DNA of 63,950 nucleotides, counting the filler, from Octopus bimaculoides (Eukaryota): NCBI RefSeq assembly GCF_001194135.2. It is 5 parts of 5 records of this genome, joined end to end, with 100 filler letters (N's around TTAATTAATTAA, not from the genome) between each part and the next. Parts side by side here need not be neighbours in the genome. Positions count along the whole stretch, not along the records: positions 26,064 to 41,820 come from NC_068981.1; positions 41,921 to 57,750 come from NC_068987.1; 3 more parts are not named here. One strand, written 5' to 3'. The number at the start of each line of letters is the position of its first letter. Position 1 is the first letter of the stretch. A program made the position numbers and the translations under genes. Positions 39,168 to 51,984 of this stretch are shown here, piece by piece. The notes beneath the pieces are model-generated. The model did no database searches and was not told the DNA's origin. It was given only the letters and a program-made list of their open reading frames with translations.

Positions 39168-40285
39168 ANNNNNNNNNNNNNNNNNNNNNNNNNNNNNNNN
39201 NNNNNNNNNNNNNNNNNNNNNNNNNNNNNNNNNNNNNNNNNNNNNNNNNNNNNNNNNNNNNNNNNNNNNNNNNNNNNNNNNNNNNNNNNNNNNNNNNNNN
39301 NNNNNNNNNNNNNNNNNNNNNNNNNNNNNNNNNNNNNNNNNNNNNNNNNNNNNNNNNNNNNNNNNNNNNNNNNNNNNNNNNNNNNNNNNNNNNNNNNNNN
39401 NNNNNNNNNNAAAAAAGAAAAAAATACTAATATTCAGAAAAGCAAAACTATTCAAAAACAAAAACAAACCCTTCAAAAGGAAAACAAATAAGTTGCTTAT
39501 GATAAAGGCAAAGCAGAATAGAAAACTAAAAAAGGAAATCAAAAACAAAATGGCCGTGTTTTCCGTAAAACTACTGTTGTCAAATGAATAAATAATGATA
39601 TAATTCTTGATGTTCGTCTTAATTAGCTTGTTTGTGTTGGCACTTCCAATCATTCGTTTCCTCTCCTTTTTTCTTTCACCCCATTTTCCTATTCCCACTC
39701 CGTCCTCTCTGTCTCCCTTACACGCAGACACACACTCTCTCTCTCGCTCTCTTTCTCCTCCTCTCTCTCTTCCTTTCCTCTCTCTCTCCGCCCCTCTCTC
39801 TCTCTCTCTTTCTCTCTCTGTGTCTCTCTGTCTCCGTTTTTCGAATGTAGTTCTGTGTTCAAAGTACTACACACATGTATACATACATATACGTATGTAT
39901 ATATATGTACACACACACATACGCGCACACACATATATAGAGTGAGAAAGGGAGAGAAAAAGAGAAATGATAGAGATACATATATGTATACATATATATA
40001 TATATATACGTATACGCATGTATGGCTGTATGTGTGTACATATATATATTTATTTATACATACATATATACATACATAAATTCACACACACATACATACA
40101 TACAAATATACATACATACATACATACATACATNNNNNNNNNNCATACATACATACATACATACATACATACATACACGCATACATATATACAGAAATAC
40201 AAACAAGCACACAAACGCTCACATACACACACCCATTTACATATATCACTCTCTCGTTATCCCTTTTTCTTTCGGTTGCCATCAG

Positions 40286-40394
40286 CGCCATCGTCTTTTC
40301 GACGCAATCCTCGAAGAAGACGAGATAAGACGAGATTTATTTCGAATGGCCCTCCAAGTTGAATATGCTAAGGCGACTATCTTCATCTCTCATC
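40286..40394 (+). CDS. Candidate exon, unidentified (RHRLFDAILEEDEIRRDLFRMALQVEYAKATIFISH)
   Basis: Pyrimidine-rich acceptor ccctttttctttcggttgccatcag; GC-richer unique island between microsatellites. Donor weak (C/gtattt); a second frame is also open. Confidence 0.3.
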
Positions 40395-40508
40395 GTATTT
40401 AGAATCGAGGTTTCGAGTCAAAGTTTTTGAAGGAAAAATGACTTTATCCGCTTTATTTCTCTTCTCTCCCACTCTTTCTCTCTCTTTCTTTCTTTCTTTT
40501 TTCTTCCA

Positions 40509-40604
<96 letters not shown>

Positions 40605-41781
40605 CTCTTTGTATTTCACATGTTATCTTTCTCCTTTTCCTACTCTATCTCTTTCGCCAACACGTGTCGCTAAACTCTGACCCTTAACCTCTTTTACGTC
40701 GTATCTGCAACTTCAACTACGGGTGATAAAACTGAAGAGTAATTGCAGCATACCACACACGTATGTGCCCCTCGAACAACGTTCTCATACTCACGCACAG
40801 AGACACACATATACATACATACATACATACATACATACATACAATACAGGTACATATATATGCGCACGCAAACAAACACAAATATATGAAATATTTATAT
40901 ATATATATATATATNNNNNNNNNNNNNNNNNNNNNNNNNNNNNNNNNNNNNNNNNNNNNNNNNNNNNNNNNNNNNNNNNNNNNNNNNNNNNNNNNNNNNN
41001 NNNNNNNNNNNNNNNNNNNNNNNNNNNNNNNNNNNNNNNNNNNNNNNNNNNNNNNNNNNNNNNNNNNNNNNNNNNNNNNNNNNNNNNNNNNNNNNNNNNN
41101 NNNNNNNNNNNNNNNNNNNNNNNNNNNNNNNNNNNNNNNNNNNNNNNNNNNNNNNNNNNNNNNNNNNNNNNNNNNNNNNNNNNNNNNNNNNNNNNNNNNN
41201 NNNNATATATATATATATAATATTATATTATATTATATTATATTATATATAATGCGTGCGCCCACAACACATACGTATATAGGGAAATTTTAAAATTGAA
41301 ACGGGTGGGGAGAAACCTTTAAAGTAATCAAAACCCAACCGCATATAAATTAAAATTTATATGAAATGTCTGAATTAGTGTGTGTATGTATTTATGTATG
41401 TATATAAGGGTATATACATCTATGTATGCATTTCTATCTATGCATTTATGAGTATAAAAGTACATAAATATTTATGCTTGTCATACTTTTATGTGCATGT
41501 ATGTGTATGTATACTCATATATACACCTACAAACAAGCACACATATATATATATATGAATACATGTGTGATGTGTGTGTGTAATGCGCATACATGTGTGT
41601 ATGCGTATGTATAATACAAATATATTCATTCGCACATAGCCTCGCAAACACACAGACAGGCATATACAGTAAACATGCCGCGTGTGTATCGTGTGTGTAT
41701 GTATTTGCATCGTAGGTGTGTGTGTGTGAGGCGATGTCTATATGTGTATATATATGTTTACATGTGTGTGTGTGTATGTGT

Positions 41782-41820
<39 letters not shown>

Positions 41821-41920
41821 NNNNNNNNNNNNNNNNNNNNNNNNNNNNNNNNNNNNNNNNNNNNTTAATTAATTAANNNNNNNNNNNNNNNNNNNNNNNN
41901 NNNNNNNNNNNNNNNNNNNN

Positions 41921-43081
41921 CTCCTTCACCTGCACTTCTACCAATGTCACCTACTGCATCTCCTGCTCTCTCTCTCTCTGCCCTTCTTTATACATCGGGA
42001 AACGGGACCCGCTTTGCTGACCGGTTCGCGGAACACCTCTGAGACATCCGACTCGGCAATGACACCCCGGTCTCGCACCATTTCAGCTCTACCGGTCATT
42101 CTTTGTAACACCTGTTTGCGTTCGAATTGTCCTTGCGCAGGGGCCATCCGGACTCCCGTTTGCGCCGTGAACAGGGATTAATCTTCTCTCTTCGCTCTTT
42201 TGCACCACATGGGCTCAACTCTCCTCCCCTCTTCATCTAACCTCCTTCCCTCTTCTCTCTCTATCTCACACCTACTTCCTCCCACCAACATCTCTCTTGC
42301 TCCGACTCCTACTTCTTCTCGTCACTCCTATTCTCCTTCTCTCTTCTCTTCACTCCTACTCACCTTCGGCCTTCACCTCTCCCTTCATCGTCACCCCTCT
42401 CTAGTAACTCTACCCCCACACAATCCAACCCCACCTTCCCTATCCATCCCATCCCACTCCACCCCATCCCTTATACCCACTCCCACATACTCCAGCTCTA
42501 CCCCCACCCTCAGCCTACCCACATATCCCACCTCTACCCCCATCTCAGCCTAAGCCACACCCCACCCTTGCTTCCCCATCCTTGCTTCCCCACTCTCACC
42601 TCCCCAACATCCCAACACCATCACACGACACCACTACACCATACACTACCATACCACACAACATCACATCACATCACATCACACCACCACGCACACACTA
42701 GCACTGACCACTTCCCTGCCCCACATCCACACACCTACACATTCATATATGCACACGTCAAGGTCACCAGCCCTCACCCACACGCACATACATACTCTTT
42801 TATACACACGCGCACATTCGTTTTGGGATCACCAGTACTTTATTATCTCCCCTTCTTCCTAGCTCTCCTGCGTGACCCCTCTGTCCGGCATTCACCATGA
42901 TAGATCGTTAGCCACTACACATTCTTTATTTTCTCTCCTTGATTATTTCTGTGTTCCTTTCTGTGGAAGAGCGTAGGCTCGAAACGTTAAAGACTTTTTC
43001 ACTTCCCGAGCGTTAAACTAATACGTCTGTTTGTTGTCTACACCACTTGTCTTCGTCTTTTGTTTTTTGTAAATTCTCCCT
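41921..43081 (+). mobile_element. Penelope-like element 3' part: GIY-YIG endonuclease pseudo-ORF (41921-42240) plus pLTR
   Basis: FTCTSTNVTYCISC..LYIG(ET)G.RFADRFAEHL.DI..PVSHHF..GHS..EQGLIFSL...PHGLN, with two 1-bp deletions and two stops; pLTR ends at (TA)n. Confidence 0.9.
42957..42992 (+). ncRNA. Minimal type I hammerhead-like motif with non-canonical U6
   Basis: CTTT CTGTGGA a GAGC gtag GCTC GAAAC GTT AAAG. Stem I 4 bp, stem II 4 bp, palindromic stem III AC/GT. Confidence 0.55.
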
Positions 43082-43596
43082 TTATATGTATATATATATA
43101 TATATATAGTACACAATAAACAAACATTCACATACATAATTTTATTGACAACGTTTCACTGGTCGTGACTAATTCAAAGTGTTACTTTCAATAAGTTACG
43201 ACCGGCTGATATCAATAATATCATAGAACACACACACACACACACACACACACACANNNNNNNNNNNNNNNNNNNNNNNNNNNNNNNNNNNNNNNNNNNN
43301 NNNNNNNNNNNNNNNNNNNNNNNNNNNNNNNNNNNNNNNNNNNNNNNNNNNNNNNNNNNNNNNNNNNNNNNNNNNNNNNNNNNNNNNNNNNNNNNNNNNN
43401 NNNNNNNNNNNNNNNNNNNNNNNNNNNNNNNNNNNNNNNNNNNNNNNNNNNNNNNNNNNNNNNNNNNNNNNNNNNNNNNNNNNNNNNNNNNNNNNNNNNN
43501 NNNNNNNNNNNNNNNNNNNNNNNNNNNNNNNNNNNNNNNNNNNNNNNNNNNNNNNNNNNNNNNNNNNNNNNNNNNNNNNNNNNNNNNNNNNNNNNN

Positions 43597-43674
<78 letters not shown>

Positions 43675-43676
43675 TA

Positions 43677-44199
43677 CACAGGGTGGCAATAAAGTCGCGA
43701 TACAGTTACAATAGCAATTAAGACAAACCAATTAATCAACAGTCCAGAAATTTATTAGTAAAATGGTTCTGGTTATTTCTCGTGGATAACAATAAATAGC
43801 TAAGGTAAACAATAGTAAATTAATTACTGATACTGTTCGAACTGCAAGCCACCTGCTTCAATGCATTTCGTACAACGTTAGAGACCGCTTCGACAAATGT
43901 CACGACACGAATGGTTCAGACGACTTAAGTCTACAAATGCATCTCGAATAAATTGCTTGAGGTCATCGATATTTGATTAAAAATGACACTCGAGAGCAAG
44001 CCAACAGGTATAACGCATTAAGTTAGATAACAGATTAAGTAAACTTCTGTCATTGGTGAGATTAACTTCCGAAAAGCTACAATTGTAGACCAACTCTTAT
44101 GATTTATAAGCTACAGTTGTGAACCTGATTCTGTGTCGTGTGTATTGTTTTGCTTTTTCATTGTAAGTAACTGTATAGTGACTTTATTGCCACCCTGTG
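43677..44199 (-). mobile_element. Internally deleted Tc1/mariner element
   Basis: TIR cacagggtggcaataaagtc(g/a)c(g/t)atacagttac; TA TSDs; internal remnant IDDLKQFIRDAF..RCTKCIEAGGLQFEQ. Confidence 0.9.
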
Positions 44200-44221
44200 T
44201 ATATATATATATATATAGTTC

Positions 44222-44375
44222 ACATTTATAAAAGAAAAAACAAAGACGAAGACAGTTGTAGGAACAACAAGCAAGTGTCTTAGTCTGACGCTCGGGAAAA
44301 ATAGAAAAGTCTTTTATGTTTCGAGCCTACGCTCCTCGACAGAAAGGAATAAGAGGGAATAGAGAATGAAAAAAA
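44222..44375 (-). mobile_element. Penelope pLTR terminus with hammerhead-like motif (copy 3)
   Basis: Reverse complement of the 42900-43081 family; motif at 44311-44346. Confidence 0.75.
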
Positions 44376-44408
44376 AAAAAAAACGTGTCGAGTTCAGTGG
44401 TCCAACAT

Positions 44409-44839
44409 GGCGAATGATAGCTGTGTGGTAAGATGTTTGCTTCTCAACTACATGGTTCCGGGTTCAATCCCACTACGTGGCACCTTGGAGAGGTGCCTTC
44501 TACTATAGCCTCGGGCCGACCAAATCCTCGTGAGTGGATTTGGTAGACGGAAACTGAAAGGAGACCGTCGTATATATATGTGTGTGTATGTTTGTTTGTG
44601 TGTGTGTGTCTGTGTGTGTGTGTGAGTCTTTGTGTCGTTGTCCTCCCCCATCACTGCTTGACGATTGGTATTGGTGTGTTTACCTCCCCGTAACATAGCG
44701 GTTCGGCAAAAGAGATCTATAGAATAATATCGGCTTAAAAAATGAGTCCTGGGGTCGATTTGTTCGACTAACATCCTTCAAGGTGATGTTCCAGCATGGC
44801 CACAGTCAAATGTTTGAAACAAGTAAAAGAATAAAAGAA
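44409..44839 (+). mobile_element. Composite SINE family 1, older copy
   Basis: Head gctgtgtggtaag..gggttcaatccc, CORE-like segment, microsatellite and tail all present. Confidence 0.88.
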
Positions 44840-44900
44840 CATATATATATATGTGTATAATTTTTTGTATTTCGGGATAGTAATTTTTTTTTCTTTTTGC

Positions 44901-45195
44901 TTTTTGCCAAATAAACACACGCACTATATATTCACTCGTGTATTGCTGTTTTAACTCATGTCCAATGTCCGGAAATCTTTCGTCACACATCTGTGACCTC
45001 TTCAACGACACTTTCCGTCCCCGTGTGTGCTCCTGGTCCGCTTAATCTAGGAACACACACGAGGACGGGAAGTGTCGCTGAAAAGGTCACTGATGTGTGA
45101 CAAAAGATTTCCGGACAATGGACGTGGGATGAAATAAGAACAGTAATAAACGAGTGAAGAACGAATATATAGTGCGTGTGTTTATTTGGCAAAAA
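44901..45195. repeat. Long inverted repeat (hairpin; probably a foldback/MITE-type element)
   Basis: Arms 44901-45036 and 45047-45195 are mutually reverse-complementary apart from ~11 substitutions and a few indels; 10-nt loop tccgcttaat. Confidence 0.9.
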
Positions 45196-45292
45196 AAAAT
45201 GACCGTCCCGAAATACAACACTATCTGTTTCAATATTCGGTTTCACATCAGGAATCTTGTGACGCAAATTCATAAACGTATAGGCACACACA

Positions 45293-45368
<76 letters not shown>

Positions 45369-45506
45369 ATATACTAGTAGAGTTGTGTATGCTTCCCTAA
45401 AAACACTTACGGAGTATGAGGTAGAATTTTCACTGTGAATATTCATTCACGTGTGTGTTGGCATTTATTTTCTTGGGTCACAAACAATATCAATCAATCA
45501 AATCTG

Positions 45507-45542
<36 letters not shown>

Positions 45543-45808
45543 CACATACATACATACATAGAGGTGTGGATTCGAGTCCCGTGCGTACGACAAACCTGAC
45601 ATTTTTTTTTCCTTCGAGGGCTTATATACCCCAATATTAGACTATTTACCTTAGTCAGTGCACGCTGATCACTTATAAGCTTTAAGCTTATAAATGTTAT
45701 TATTATTTACAGAAGTGTAAAATTCGGCACCGTGTACCAAATAATCGCATATATATACATATATATTATATGTGTGTGTATACATATACACATACACATG
45801 CACATGCA

Positions 45809-45841
<33 letters not shown>

Positions 45842-46051
45842 CCATACATATCAATAACAACACAGTACACTTACCACCATTACCAAGCCACCATCTACTT
45901 AAGGACCAACAACAACAGTAACAATAGTATGAAAACATGCTGTCCCATCTAAAATAAAAGATAATCACATTAGATAATGTGGTACCCTAGTATATTTAAG
46001 AACTTGAACGAAATGTCTTTAATCTTAAGTCAGTGGAAATTGACTTTCGAC

Positions 46052-48296
46052 TAGGGATGGGGAACCTTTTTTGTGCATGGAGGCCACGCTACAATTCATC
46101 ATCCCTAATAGAGGCCGCATTGAACAATTTTCTTTTTTTAGTTATTGTATTCCCTAAGTAATTTATTAGTAATCAAATAAAAGAAAGACAGGTGTGTAGA
46201 AATCGAAAGCATGACTTTTCAAATATTTTGTTTAAGTGCTTTTATACAAATAATAAGTAAATTAATAATATCGAAAGCAAGACATTTTCAAATATTTTAT
46301 TTAAGTAAGTAGGTACATTGTATACAAGTAATAAGTATGTGAATAATAATCTTATAAAAAAGACAGCTTATGACCATCGAGAAGATAACATTTTCAAATA
46401 TTTTATTTAGGCAAGTAGGTATTTTTTATACAAATTAATGACTTCTTTGAATTTGCTGTTTTTTGNNNNNNNNNNNNNNNNNNNNNNNNNNNNNNNNNNN
46501 NNNNNNNNNNNNNNNNNNNNNNNNNNNNNNNNNNNNNNNNNNNNNNNNNNNNNNNNNNNNNNNNNNNNNNNNNNNNNNNNNNNNNNNNNNNNNNNNNNNN
46601 NNNNNNNNNNNNNNNNNNNNNNNNNNNNNNNNNNNNNNNNNNNNNNNNNNNNNNNNNNNNNNNNNNNNNNNNNNNNNNNNNNNNNNNNNNNNNNNNNNNN
46701 NNNNNNNNNNNNNNNNNNNNNNNNNNNNNNNNNNNNNNNNNNNNNNNNNNNNNNNNNNNNNNNNNNNNNNNNNNNNNNNNNNNNNNNNNNNNNNNNNNNN
46801 NNNNNNNNNNNNNNNNNNNNNNNNNNNNNNNNNNNNNNNNNNNNNNNNNNNTTAATGAGTCTAAAACTGACTCGTATTCTCCAAAAGATTTATAGATATC
46901 TTCATTTTAGCTCATTACCTTCGTAAGCCGAGGAAAGTGTTCTACTGAAAGTTTTGATTGAGCCAAAAGGAACTTGAAAAACGACAATTTTTTTCTAAAT
47001 GCCCAAATTTTTTGCCAAACATCATAAATACATTTATTTTTGCCTTAAAACAAAATGTTTAACTCATTTTGTTTTGACATCGCATCACATAAAAATGCAA
47101 CATCTCTGTGAAAATTTGGATCTGATAACTCACAATGTTTGTTGTTTTCTTTGAAAAAGTCAATTATTTGCCTTCGTAAAGACAAAATTTTGACCAATAC
47201 TTTTCTTTACAACAACCATTGATAAGGCAAATCCACATTAATTACTTCGTCATCCATCATGAGCATGTTTCGAAATTGACGATGCTTCAGGGCATTTGTT
47301 TGTATACTTATAACCTTCTGCATACTTATAACCTTCTGCAAAGTGTCATTTAAAACGACAGATTTTGCTCAGAGATTTTGCTGATGTAAAATACAATGAA
47401 AAAAAATTCAGTACATTTGGTTCCTTGATTACTCTTTTAAGATGTGCAATAAACCCTTCATTTTCAGCCATCATAGCTGGAGCATCATCTGTGCACACAC
47501 CAAATTAGTAAAATTTAGTTTTATGATATTGCTCTTTGAATTTGTTAAAAATATCTATCCCTCGTGTCCTTCCTTTAAGGGTGCCTAAAGCAAATAATTC
47601 TTCATATATTTGAAAATCCTCAGTTATAGCACGAATAAGATACAATACTTGTGCTGAATCTGGAATCTGTCGATTCATCCAAAGCTACTGAGCACTATAA
47701 ATTTTCTTTTTGGATTATATTTTTCAATTGCTCTGTTAACATTACAGGCCAATTCATGCTGTCGGTCTGTATTAGTCCTTCTTGAAAGAGGCATCTTTTT
47801 ATAATTGTTAACTTTGTCAGGATCTATACATCCTACCACTTCTAAAATACTTTCCCTTATGAGTTCTGCACCGCTGAATGGCTTACCTTTTTATCCAAGC
47901 TAACATGCAACTTTATAGATGGCTTCTGTCATAACATTCGCTTGATGCAACACAGATTGGAAAAATTGTCTTTGCTTTTGTTTTCCATCTTTTAATTTCT
48001 GCAATGCTATCTTTCGAGACTCACTCTCTAATTTGACATATTTATTATCTTTATGAAGAGAATAATGTTGCTGTGCATTGAATTTCTTAACCGTTACAAT
48101 TACTGTATCGCAAAACAAGCAAGACATTTTGCCTCCACTATTTACTTAAAAATACTGTAATTCCCATTCTTCATTGAAGATACCGTTTTCTTCTTTTAAA
48201 GTTCGTCTTATTTTTTTTTTGACATAATTATGGGTTAAAGAGAAATGTATTTATTCTGAAAAACCATAAAAAATAAGTTTAATAATGAATTAGTAA
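46052..48296 (-). mobile_element. hAT-Charlie (GTF2IRD2/SPIN-like) transposon, decayed transposase ~48225-46860
   Basis: CLFC..KKFN..HY zinc finger, KGKPFS, VALDESTD, TDDAPAM, FHCILHQQNL. Left end tagggatggggaacc is hAT-like. Right end not located. Confidence 0.9.
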
Positions 48297-48632
48297 AGCC
48301 GGCCGCACACTAACCCAAATAAAGCAGTCTTAGACAAGACATGATAAACTTGCATCCCAGACCATGTTTTTGATTTTAACTTTAGAAATTGTTACTACCA
48401 TCCGAGACTGAACAACATCTAGATTAGCTATAATTTTTTTTTCGGTAATTAGTACAATTATTTATCATTACCTAATTGTTACAGAAATAATATCAAATAT
48501 CAACGGTTTCCAATCTCACAAAATAATGACAATTGTTGAAGTTATGACCAAGATTCCAAGAACGTGGTTTCGGACGCTGATTGATTGTGTCTTGTCTAAG
48601 ACGGTTTTGTCTGAAGCAGTGTGCAGCCAGCT
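48297..48632. mobile_element. PIF/Harbinger MITE
   Basis: Long imperfect TIRs agccggccgcacact..gtcttagacaagaca / tgtcttgtctaagac..agtgtgcagccagct; TAA duplicated at 48294-48296 and 48633-48635. Confidence 0.8.
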
Positions 48633-49233
48633 TAACAGAAAAGCAATGAATGCGGTCACTGTATCACTTAACAAGTCTCAATGATAAAAAGCAACTCTGT
48701 AAAATTAAGGCACGCACTGATGGATTTACGGTTTCAAATAAGACTATAACTAACTCAGCCTCACAAAACAAGTCGGTATGAAGTTAACCACGACTATGCA
48801 ATTACTAAGTAATGTATGTAGCACAGATCACCATGAAAAGGTGGATGAGACAGGAACTCTTCATGTATCATACATGAAGTCACTTACTTCCACTAGGCTG
48901 GTGTAGCTGACAAGGAAACATTACCTTTACATACTTGTTGCTTTGAGTTTAAATTCACTGAGTTCAAAGAAAAATACTTGCAATCTCTGGGAATGACATC
49001 ACTAAACACAGTTAACTTGTCTTTCGTCTATGTGTGTGTGTGTATTGTAAGTTTAAGGTGTATAATGATTTTAGACAAAAAATATTCAATATCAAAAAAA
49101 GAAAGAAAATATACCAATGGCCGTAGACGGCCGCACTTGTTGGCCCGGAAGCACAGTCACTGAAAAACGACCGCTTACCAATATCACATCTAACATGATC
49201 TCTTTATGTAATAAAGTGTGTAGGTCAACCTGT

Positions 49234-49493
49234 AAGGTAAAGGTAAAGTTACCTTCTTGAGTCATACTGGCACATAAGGGCCGGTTTGCTGGTTTCATGG
49301 CGTATATATTCCCCACCTGCAAAGAATGCCGGTCTGTCACAGGATAGCTCATTTTTGCCAACTGAGTGGACTGGAACAACGTAAAATGAAGTGTTTTGCT
49401 CAAGAACACAACGCGTCGCTCGGTCCAGGAAGCGAAACAATAATCTTACGATCATGAGTCCAATACCCTAACCACTAAGACACGCGCCTCCAC
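49234..49493 (-). mobile_element. tRNA-derived SINE family 4 (CORE/V-like centre), full length
   Basis: Head gtggaggcgcgtgtcttagtggttagg; centre gttgtgttcttgagcaaaacactt; tail (tttacc)n; TSD aggtcaacctgt / aggttcacctgt (10/12). Confidence 0.85.
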
Positions 49494-50024
49494 AGGTTCA
49501 CCTGTGAACTCACTCGGCTTCATAAATCCCAACATCCGGGTTAGTGGTACATAACCAGGATCCATGTGACCTCCTGTGGCCCGTATAAGATTTCTGGGTG
49601 TCCACACAAGCAAAGTAGTAAATTGGGGATCCCCGATAGTATTTTAAGGATCTATGGAAAACAAAAATTGCATTATATGTATTCATTGAAAATCAGCTGG
49701 ATTTCTTTCGCCAACGCTTAACATAGTTCAACATGTTTCCCGTTATTGAAACATGTTCTCTTAGTGGAAAAAACGAAATAGAAATTTTGAAATAAGTATC
49801 TATAAAACTATGTTTTAAACATGGAATGGTCATGAGGTCCATCAGAATGAAATAGTAATCTAAAGTGGTGGTGGGGATGGGTATTGTTTAAAAAATGGTT
49901 GAGAATCAACGATCGAGATAGTCAGGCAGCTGCTGGAAAACTGCTGTATAATCAATGTGGAATGAATTTCCTTGCAAGTCTTAAGTGTCATATGAGACAT
50001 CATAGGCGATAAGAAAACCAAAGG

Positions 50025-50286
50025 TAAAGTGTTTCTTAGTATGAAATGAATCTCGAAGTGGCCTTCCTCGGTGAGGAGCCGACTTCCACTGTATGTATGC
50101 ATGTATGTATGTATGTATGTATGTATATATGTATGTATGTATGAAAATCCGGCCTTAGATTGCATTACTTAAAGTTTCCGAAAAGAGAAACACGACCGAT
50201 CTTTCGGATTCATGCTTTTATATATTTGTCTATGTATGTATGTATGTATGTATGTATGTATGTATGTACGTATGTATGTATGTATG

Positions 50287-50340
<54 letters not shown>

Positions 50341-50845
50341 GAAAATGTAAAGTGGTTCTTAGTATGAAATGAATTTAGAAGTGGCTTTTCTCGGTGTCGA
50401 GCCGACCTCCACTATATGTATGTATGTATGTTATCAATCAGTTTCATTTCTGTATTTCTTGTCCATAGAGAAAGAGCCGGACTCTAACATAGATTCAAGG
50501 CTCCTTCATTGGAACTTTTATCAACATCATCTAGGTATTTGTGCATATGGGTGTGTGTGTGCAGTATTTGGTGTTAGTGTATGCGCAGATTTGTATGTTT
50601 GTTTTATGGATGCGTTTTTATGTCTAGATGCATGCATATGTATTTATGTGCTAAATTTTTGGAAAGTTTTACATATCTTTACAGTTCCATTGATGGCTTG
50701 AATCTGTAGTCTTCTAATCAGCCTATGTATGTATGTATGCATGCATGTATGTATGTATGAATGTATGTATGTATGCATGTATCAAAATCCGGTCTTAGAT
50801 TGCATTACTTAAAGTTTCCGAAAAGAGAAACACGACCTATCTTTC

Positions 50846-50849
<4 letters not shown>
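50025..50849 (+). repeat. Old local duplication of an A-(TATG)n-B module; the second copy is split by a ~300-bp insert
   Basis: A at 50025 and 50348; B (aaaatccgg.cttagattgcattacttaaagtttccg) at ~50142 and 50780. Confidence 0.85.
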
Positions 50850-50877
<28 letters not shown>

Positions 50878-51099
50878 GAATTGGTTGGTAGGTAAAATAT
50901 GGACTATTTTCTCCACCTTGTTTTGCACAACCCTCCGCAAAAAATCCCATATTCTATTTAAATTACTTTGCGGGAAGGACTGTTTTAACGAAGTCGCGTC
51001 TTGTCTTTACCTTCGAAACGAGGGGGGATTACGCATATGTGTGCCCTTTTTAGTAGATTAAGGATTTCTTACGTATAGTCCAGAAGGCCAGAAGCTTCC

Positions 51100-51240
51100 G
51101 GCGTGTGGGGAAGAGTCGGTAATATAGAGGACTCAGGTACTTGACTCAGGGAAAACACGGAAGTCAAAGTCAACATCGCAAGGATCTGAAATCAGAACGT
51201 AAAGGACCCTAGCAAAATATCGCAATGCATTATGGTCTGA
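51100..51240 (-). mobile_element. Degenerate SINE family 2 copy
   Basis: Reverse complement includes ttacgttctgatttcagatcc..gttgactttgacttcc..aagtacc. Confidence 0.5.
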
Positions 51241-51859
51241 AAGTCTACCCGATCCTCCTATCTACCATCCTTATAGTGAATGTAGGAAATTTCTTGTAGG
51301 TGAGAAGAGAGGAAAGCGAAGAAAGGGAGATAATTGTCCGTAACGTTGACACCATCTTGAAGTCTGTTGTAACAGGGAAGATTTATGTTAAGAATATGCA
51401 TTGATCATTCTCTTGTAGAAGAAAGAATATGAAGCACGTGCGAGTGATAATGCCGGCGGTAGATGCTGGGGACTGTAATAGTGATGGAGGTGGTGGGGTG
51501 GGTGTGATTATAACGGTTGTGGTGATGGTGGTGGAGGCGGTAGTGGTGATAGTGGCGGCGGCGTTTATTTGTAATGGTCTGAGTGGTAGTGGCGATGATG
51601 GTGATTGTGGTGATGGAGGCGGCGGCGGCCGTGGTAGTGTTGTTGGTGATCAATATGAAACAAATATTGATTAAGAATCAATGCAAATAATTTGTAGTTG
51701 TGAAATGCGTAAATATAAAATTTGATACATAGACACATGCGTGCGCGCATATATTATAATTTTGCTTCAATATATGTATACATATATGTATATGCTTATA
51801 TATATGTGCGTGCGTGTCTGTATTATGTATGTATGTGTGCTTATATATAAAGATAGATG

Positions 51860-51898
<39 letters not shown>

Positions 51899-51951
51899 TT
51901 TAGTACTTGTGTGTGTGATGTGTGTGTGTGTCTCTGTGTGTGTGTATATGC

Positions 51952-51984
<33 letters not shown>

